A DNA stretch of 64,000 bases, taken from NCBI RefSeq assembly GCF_030028105.1, contig NC_092383.1:87873921-87937920 (forward strand). Direction: 5' to 3'. The number at the start of each line of letters is the position of its first letter. The first letter of the stretch is position 1. The translations under genes were made by a program, and so were the position numbers. This document shows, piece by piece, positions 56,601-64,000 of this stretch. The notes below the pieces were generated by a model that was given only the letters and a program-made list of their open reading frames with translations, had not been told where the DNA came from and made no database searches. This DNA comes from Mobula birostris. Its lineage: Eukaryota.

Positions 56601-57430
56601 GTCCTATATTTTTTTCCCTTTTGAATTTTGCCTCTGTGGTCCAATTTAACTCTTTGCTCTATATGTATTTGTAAACTGCGGGCTCGTCCTCAGCTCGATC
56701 ATACTGGTTCCCATCCCAAGGCCATATTGGTTTTAACCATTCCCAACAGCTCTAGTCAACCTTCCCGCAAGAATATTGATCCCCCTCGGATTCAAGTGCA
56801 ACCCGTCCCTTTTGTGCAGGTTCCGTCTGGCCCAGAAGAGGTCCCAATTATCCAGAAATCTGAATCCCTGTCCCCTGCCCCAATTCTTCAGTCATGCATT
56901 TATCTGTGACCTCGTTCTATTCCTGTCCTCACTGTAGACCCGAAATTACTGCTCTTGAGATCCTGCTTCTTAACTTCCTTCCCAGCTCCCTGTATTCTGA
57001 TTTCAGGACCTTCCTATGTTGCTGGTACCAATATGTACACGACTCCTGGCTGCTCACCCTTCCTTTTCAGGATATTGCGGACGTGTTCAGAAACACTGCG
57101 GACCCTGGCACCTGAGAGGCAAACTACCATCCGTGTTTCTTTCTCGCCTATCTGTCCCCCTAAGAATCCCCTATTACTGCTGCCATCCACTTCAGTTCCC
57201 TACCCTTCTGAGCCACAGGGCCAGACACACTGCTAGAGGCATGGCCACTGTTGCTTCCCGCAGGTAGGTCGTTCCCCCCACCCCCAACAGTACTCAAAAT
57301 GGAGTACTTATTGTTGAGGAAGATGGCTACAGGGGTGCTCTCTACTATCTGATGTTCTCCCTTCCCTCTCCTGACAGTCAATCATTTATCTGTCTCCTGT
57401 AGCCTTGGGGTGACCACCTCCCTGTTGCCC
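53690..57430 (-). mobile_element. Decayed, internally deleted CR1 (ORF1 fragment, EN, 3' end), interrupted by a solo LTR
   Basis: AAVIGDS (ORF1, about 57160-57380), GGSDHNMI (54867-55193), LVRLHLEYC (54075-54341). Confidence 0.8.
55223..56111 (+). mobile_element. Solo LTR (889 bp), Gypsy-type
   Basis: Termini tgttac...gtaaca; 4-bp TSD aggc (55219-55222, 56112-56115); tatataa box at about 55341; aataaa at about 56045. The flanking CR1 sequence is contiguous when the LTR is removed. Confidence 0.9.
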
Positions 57431-57699
57431 TGTCTATTTCTTCTTCACTTTCTCTATCAAGCATCTCCTTATACAACCCTGAGATGCATTTTCCTGCAGG
57501 CATACTCAGCAAATATATATATATATTAACTTCTCACCAGGGCTAGTACACTAACTTGGCTTGTTAGCTAACTCTGTTAACAGCCACATAACTCAGCAGT
57601 GAGAAGGTTGCCTCTCAAAAGCAACATATGTCTAAGGAACCAAACAGGAACGTCGGAATGTTCTGATTAAAGGAACCTCAATGTGAGTGAATGCTGTGT

Positions 57700-60600
57700 A
57701 AATACTCCTCATGCACTGCTATCGGTAGTCCAGATTGTACACCAGCATAAAATTATAAAGTAAGTACAAACGTTTGTATATTTACCAACTTTACAGTTAC
57801 AATAACAAGGAAAAGAAAAATACAAGGGCCCATTACAGTTATACCAGTCCAATGTGCCCATAAACGTTTGAGCTCATTTCTGGAGTAATCAAGGGGAGTA
57901 TCGCTTTACTTACACGCTAGACCCACAGTCTGTGTGAAAGCACTTGCCACAGTCCAAATTTCCCACACACTCCATCTCAAACGAACTTGTTTTCTCAGGA
58001 GTATTGGCCCTTTCCCCTTCGAGCCATTCATCGGCACAAAGCACTTCTTGCAATGGTCCTTCTTTCTTGAAAACCATTAATCTGCACAAAGCACTTCTTG
58101 CAATGGGGACTCTCCTTCCACTGGCATTCTGCGGCATCTTCCCTTCTGCTCCACTCCGCAGCATCTGCCCTAAAGGATTCCAAACCAGACTACTGTCCAT
58201 TACCACCCAGCTCTCTAGAACCTTTTCTACATCCCACAAACCCTGACTGGCTGACACAACATTTCAATGTTGGGAAAAAAGGCTCCGTAGCTTTAACTGA
58301 AGTCAAAACACTCGTACCAGTAGGACATACTGCTTTTACATAATACTGCTAAAATAAAATACCTCACAGCATAGCAGTAGAAATCTTAACGAGGGCATTA
58401 CACTCTCTGCCCCACCAAAAATAGTCATGTCCTCATGATTTTGGAACCTATTAAACCATTATTAATAACACAGTATTCAAATGAAGTTTTGTGATTTCGG
58501 GATCCCCAATCCATTTGAAAATGCCAGTAACATATCTTACCATTGGTAGTAACATACCTCACCATGCCAGTAACATATCTCACCATTAGTATGGACTGAA
58601 CACTGTTTCCCCTGTGCATCATATGCCAGCTTATTGGGAGTTTCCTGACTCTCTGAGACCATCTTATCACATCTTCAGCTTCTTCAGCCTCAGGCACTCC
58701 TCGGTACTGTTCCTGTTTTCTTGGGGATGCCTCCCCCATCTATCACTCGTACACTCCAGCGACTTAGGTCCTCTTGCCACCTTACTAAACTCAGCTTCAT
58801 CCCCAATTATATTGGAGCCCAGTTTAAACTGGCACTGCCAAACATGCTCAACCTCTGCTCATGCTAACCAGCGAGACTTCTCTTGGAAAGGGGTGTCCTC
58901 TGGCACTCTAATAGTGTTGTGAGTCTTTCTCCAAATACATCGAATGCAGGACTTACAGTACTGTTCAAACTCAGGTTTCATTCAGGGCCAGTACAGCCTA
59001 TTTCTGACCAATCCTGTCAAATCCGAAATGACCTGAATCATCATGAAGTGACTTCAACACAATCCTCTGATGCTTCTCAGGCAAAACCAAACAGGAATTC
59101 CAAGGCCTATCTGGAGTAGAAGTGACCCTGTATAGAACCTGGTTCCTCAACTCAAGTTTGTTCTCTCATTGGTAGAGATATGGCAGGGTGCTTCATCTTT
59201 TCATCTTGGGCCATATCCCCTTCTCTAACAGCTGACAAAACGGTAGCTGCACAAGGGTCATCTCACTGATCTGCCGCCACTTCCCCAGGACCCAAGGCAG
59301 GCAACTGCTTCATATTCAGAACGGTCAAGTTGCAGTAGGCTTGTGTAATGGCACACCCAGAAGCTCTTGAATGATCCACAGCTCTATCCTGCCCTAGCCT
59401 TGCCTCTGAGTTCCCCGTAGTAGAAAACTGGCACATTGCTTTAACTCCAGAGACAGAAATGCTCTCCCTCCATTTCCAGGCCTACATGCAAACATTGGGA
59501 CAATGCATCCGCATCGATATTCTGGCACCCCAGCCAGTACTTCAGGCCGAAATCACAGGCAGACAATGCTGCCAACCAACAATGGCCTGTGGCATCCAAT
59601 TTCACTGAGATCGGGGTATTATTGAATGAATTGTTGTCAGTCCTCACTTTGAACCTGGCACCATATTGTCACTGAATTTACCCACCACAGCCCATTTCAA
59701 TGCCAGAAATTCCAATTTGTGCATGAGGTAGTTTCGCTCGGAGGGTGACAGACTCCAGCTGACAAAAATGACAGTTTTCAACCCTGGGCCGTGATACTGA
59801 TATGAAACACCCCCTAAACCCTATTGCCTGGCGTCTGTATGCAGTACAGATGGCAAATGGGTTTTGCAAAGGCCAACACAGCAGCTCCTTCAGCAACTGG
59901 AAGGCCTCTTCACATTTTGCATCCTAACTAGCTCCAAAAGGCTCCGAAGGGCAAAGATAAACTTTACAATCTTCTCCTTTCGTCCCCCTCTCTTTCTTCC
60001 CCAAGGGAGAGTAACTGTATAGAAGCTGATTCAATATTCAATATTCAATATCTGATAATACCCACTCCTTAGGTCTAGCATACTGATCCATTTCACTCCA
60101 CTCAGGCAGGCCAGCGCATCCTCGATCCATGGAACAGTATACTGGTCAGGGACTGTGTGTTGGTTCAGCGTCTGATAGGCAATACCTTCCCATTCTTCTT
60201 CCTCACCACCACTATGGGGACGCATAGGGACTCTGTGACTCAGTGATAATCCCAGCTTCCTTCAGTTTCCGTGTCGAACATCCTCCACCTCCACTGGTGC
60301 TAATCATTGAGACCTTTCTCTGAAAGGGGAGTCCTCTGTCGCATGGATGGTGTGGTGAGTACTCTTGGAACAACCCACATCAAACTCAACAGTAGAAAAG
60401 GCATCTTCAAGCTTTAACATCTTCTCCATCAGTCTCCTTCTCCAACTCTCAGGTACTGGTGAGTCACCAAAGTTGAATGACTTGGCTGTCGACTTTCCTG
60501 ATGCAGGAGATTGTCCCTCTCCTGGTTTTCTCAAAGGAAGGTTAGACATTACCGTCACTGGGAAAAGATGTGGCATTGGCATCCCCCGCCTGAGGGTGAC

Positions 60601-60900
60601 CTGTCACTCCAAGGTGTGCCTGACGATCACTGTCATCCTGTTTACGTATACAGCCAACAGTTTCTGCATTTCAGGCCTCGCCAGTACCCCAGCAAGTAAG
60701 CATGACTCCTCTTTGTGGTCTTCCGGAGCATCCACCAGAAGGGCCTCGGCGTCAGGCATTCTGGTCACTCTATCTTCTTCCCCAGGCCGTAACATGACAG
60801 GTTTGGACTGGATGTACCACACAACTCCTCGTTTGTGCTCGCATCATCCAGCCTAGGATGGGCTTACACTTCCTCACAAACAGCTCTGAACACCGGGTCA
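57700..60900 (-). mobile_element. Gypsy LTR retrotransposon remnant (deleted pol + PPT + 3' LTR)
   Basis: LSGVKWISMLDLRSGYYQ (RT) and NIDADALS (RNase H end). The RC at 58440-58395 reads ...ttttggtggggcagagag|TGTAA, a PPT followed by an LTR start at 58402. The distal LTR end was not determined. Confidence 0.75.
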
Positions 60901-60958
60901 ATGGACAAAGTTTTCAGAAAACTCTCTCCAATTCTCCCCTTGCAAGCTCCCACTAGTC

Positions 60959-63900
60959 TTAGACAATAGACAATAGACAATAGGTGCAGGAGTAGGCCAT
61001 TCAGCCACTCGAGCCAGCTGCGCCATTCTGTGATCATGGCTGATCATCCACAATCAGTACCCTTTTCCTGCCTTCTCCCCATATCCCTTCACTCCACTAT
61101 CTTTAAGAGCTCTATCTAACTTTTTCTTGAAAGAATCCAGAGAATTGGCCTCCACTGCCTTCTGAGGCAGAGCATACCACAGAACCACAACCCTCTCTGT
61201 GAAAAAGTTTTTCCTCAACTCCGCTCTAAATGGTTTACCCCTTATTCTTAAACTGTGGCCTCTGGTTCTGGACTCCCCCAACATCGGGAACATGATTCCT
61301 GCCTCTAGCGTGTCCAATCCCTTAATAATCTTATATGTTTCAATCAGATCCCCTCTCATCCTTCTAAATTCCAGTGTATAGCCCAATCTAAAGCCCAGTC
61401 GCTCCAATCGTTCAACATATGACAGTCCCGCCATCCCGGGAATTAACCTTGTGAGCCTACGCTGCACTCCCTCAATAGCTAGAATGTCCTTCCTCAAATT
61501 TGGAGACCAAAACTGTACACAATACTCCATGTGTGGTCTCACCAGGGCCCTGTACAACTGCTGAAGGACCTCTTTGCTCCTATACTCAACTCCCCTTGTT
61601 ATGAAAGCCAACATGCGATTAGCTTTCTTCACTGCCTGCTGTACCTGCATGCTCACTTTCAGTGACTGATGAACAAGGACACCTAGATCTCGCTGTACTT
61701 CCCCTTTTCCTAACTTGACACCATTCAGATAGCAATCTGCCTTCCGGTTCTTGCCGCCAAAGTGGATAACCTCACATTTATCCACATTAAACTACATCTG
61801 CCATGCATCTGCCCACTCACCCAACCTGTCCAAGTCACCCTGCATTCTCATACCATCCTCCTCACATTTCACACTGTCACCCAGCTTTGTGTCATCTGCA
61901 AATTTGCTAATGTTACTTTTAATCCCTTCATCTAAATCATCAATGTATATTGTAAATAGCTGCGGTCCCAGCACCGAGCCTTGCGGTACCCCACTAGTCA
62001 CTGCCTGCCATTTTGAAAAGGACCCATTAATCCCTACTCTTTGTTTCCTGTCTGCCAACCAATTTTCCATCCATGTCAGTACCCTACCCCCAATACCATT
62101 TGCTCTAATTTTGCACACTAACCTCCTATGTGGGACCTTATTAAAGGCTTTCTGAAAGTCCAGGTACACTACATCCACTGGCTTTCCAATGTCCATTTTC
62201 ATAGTTACATTCTCAAAAAATTCCAGAAGATCAGTCAAGCATGATTTCCCCTTCGTAAATCCATGCTGACTCGGACCTATCCTGCTACTGCTATCCAAAT
62301 ATGTTGCTATTTCATCTTTTATAATTGATTCCAGCATCTTCCCCACCACTGATGTCAGACTAACTGGTCCATAATTGCCTGTTTTCTCTCTCCCTCCTTT
62401 CTTAAAAAGTGGGATAACATTAGCTACCCTCCAATCCGCAGGAACTGATCCTGAATCTATAGAACATTGGAAAATGATTACCGATGTGTCCACGATTTCT
62501 AGAGCCACCTCCTTAAGTACCCTGGGATGCAGAACATCAGGCCCTGGGGATTTATCAGCCTTCAGTCCCATCAGTCTACCCAACACCATTCTGTCCCTGA
62601 TGTGAATTTCCTTCAGTTCCTCTGTTACCCTAGGTCCTCTGGCCACTATTACATCTGGGAGATTGTTTGTGTCTTCCCTAGTGAAGACAGATCCAAAGTA
62701 CCTGTTCAGCTCGTCTGCCACTTCCTTGTTTCCCATAATAATTTCACCCGTTTCTGTCTTCAAGGGCCCAACTTTGGTCTTAACTAATTTTTTCCTCTTC
62801 ACATACCTAAAGAAGCTTTTACTATCCTCCTTTACATTCTTGGCTAGCTTACCTTCGTACCTCATCTTTTACCCCCGTATTGCCTTTTCAGTTATCTTCT
62901 GTTGCTCCTTAAAAGTCTCCCAATCCTCTGGTTTCCCACTCATCCTTGCTATGTTATACTTCCTCTCTTTTATTTTTATACTGTCCTTGACTTCCCTTGT
63001 CATCCACGGTCACCTCTTACTCCCCTTAGAATCTTTCTTCCTCTTTGAAATGAACTGATCCTGCACCTTCTGTATTATTCCTTGAAATACCTGCCATTGT
63101 TGTTCCACTGTCATCCCTGCTAGGGTATCTTTCCAGTCAACCTTGGCCAGCTCCTCCTTCATGGGTCCATAACTGTAATACTGACACCCAAGGTTGTTAA
63201 ACTGTAATACTGACACTTCCCATCTTCCCTTCTCCCTCTCAAATTGTAGATGAAAACTTATCATATTATGGTCACTACCTCCTAATGGATCCTTTACCTC
63301 GAGTTCCCTTATCAAACCTGGCTCATTACATAACACTAAATCCAGAATTGCCTTCTCCCTTGTAGGCTCTAATACAAGCTGCTCTAAGAATCCATCTCTG
63401 AGTCATTCCACAAACTCCCTTTCTTGGGGTCCAGTACCAACCTGATTTTCCCAGTCTACCTGCATGTTGAAATCCCCCATAACAACCATAGAATTACCTT
63501 TGCAACATGCCAATTTTAACCCTTGACTTAACTTGCACCCTATATCCAGGCTACCGTTTGGGGGCCTGTAGATAACTCCCATCAGGGTCTTTTTGCCCTT
63601 ACAGTTTCTCAGTTCTATCCATACTGACTCTACATCTCCTGATTCTATATCCCCCCTCGTAAGTGACTGAATTTCATTCCTCACCAACAGAGCCACCCCA
63701 CCCCCTCTGTCAACCTGTCTGTCCTTTTGATAGGATGTATATCGCTGAATATTCATTTCCCAGCCCTGGTCCTCTTGCAGCCATGTCTCTGTTATTCCCA
63801 CAACATCATACTTGCCAATTTCCAACTGAGCCTCAAGCTCATCCACTTTATTTCTTATACTCCATGCATTGATATATAATACTTTTAATCCACTTAAAGT

Positions 63901-64000
63901 AATACTTTTACTCCCCTCACCTTTCACATCGATTCCCATTGCACTTGGCCATACTCGATGATCCCTTCCTGAGCTTTCTGCCTCGTTAATTCTGTTGTCT
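60959..64000 (-). mobile_element. CR1 LINE with near-complete ORF2 (EN + RT), few lesions; runs off the window end
   Basis: ORFs 63403-63939 (YINAWSIRNK, ITETW, YRPP, GDFN), 63010-63336, 61792-62865 (RT) and 61054-61785; (ctattgt)n tail at about 60959-60984. Confidence 0.95.

Noticed and set aside
58034-58106. 23-bp direct repeat gcacaaagcacttcttgcaatgg x2
   Set aside because: Lies within the Gypsy LTR region, where short internal duplications are commonplace.

Overview
Vertebrate genomic DNA, very probably from a cartilaginous fish; a ray is inferred from the repeat families, not proven. Most of the window is decayed retroelements: CR1, Rex1/Babar-type, L1/Tx1, RTE, Penelope-like, Gypsy LTR and tRNA-derived SINEs. 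One host gene can be assembled on the + strand from consensus splice sites with matching intron phases. Its six coding exons (23275-23371, 31894-32217, 36549-36675, 43067-43182, 46576-46613, 50051-50197; 849 nt, 282 aa) encode a CD300/CMRF35/pIgR-like type I receptor with a leader, a 4-Cys V-type Ig domain, a Ser/Thr-rich stalk, an uncharged TM segment and a tail with two ITIMs plus a YVNL motif. Main oddities: (1) TSD-flanked palindromic mini-elements built from Penelope termini that carry minimal hammerhead-ribozyme-like cores; (2) a dead duplicate of the promoter and leader exon 1.4 kb upstream; (3) a second phase-1/0 cytoplasmic exon that cannot be co-included in frame; (4) a stalk-exon splice acceptor apparently supplied by an antisense CR1; (5) a three-level nested insertion (Penelope > L1 > palindromic mini-element). 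All alignments were done by eye and no databases were searched.
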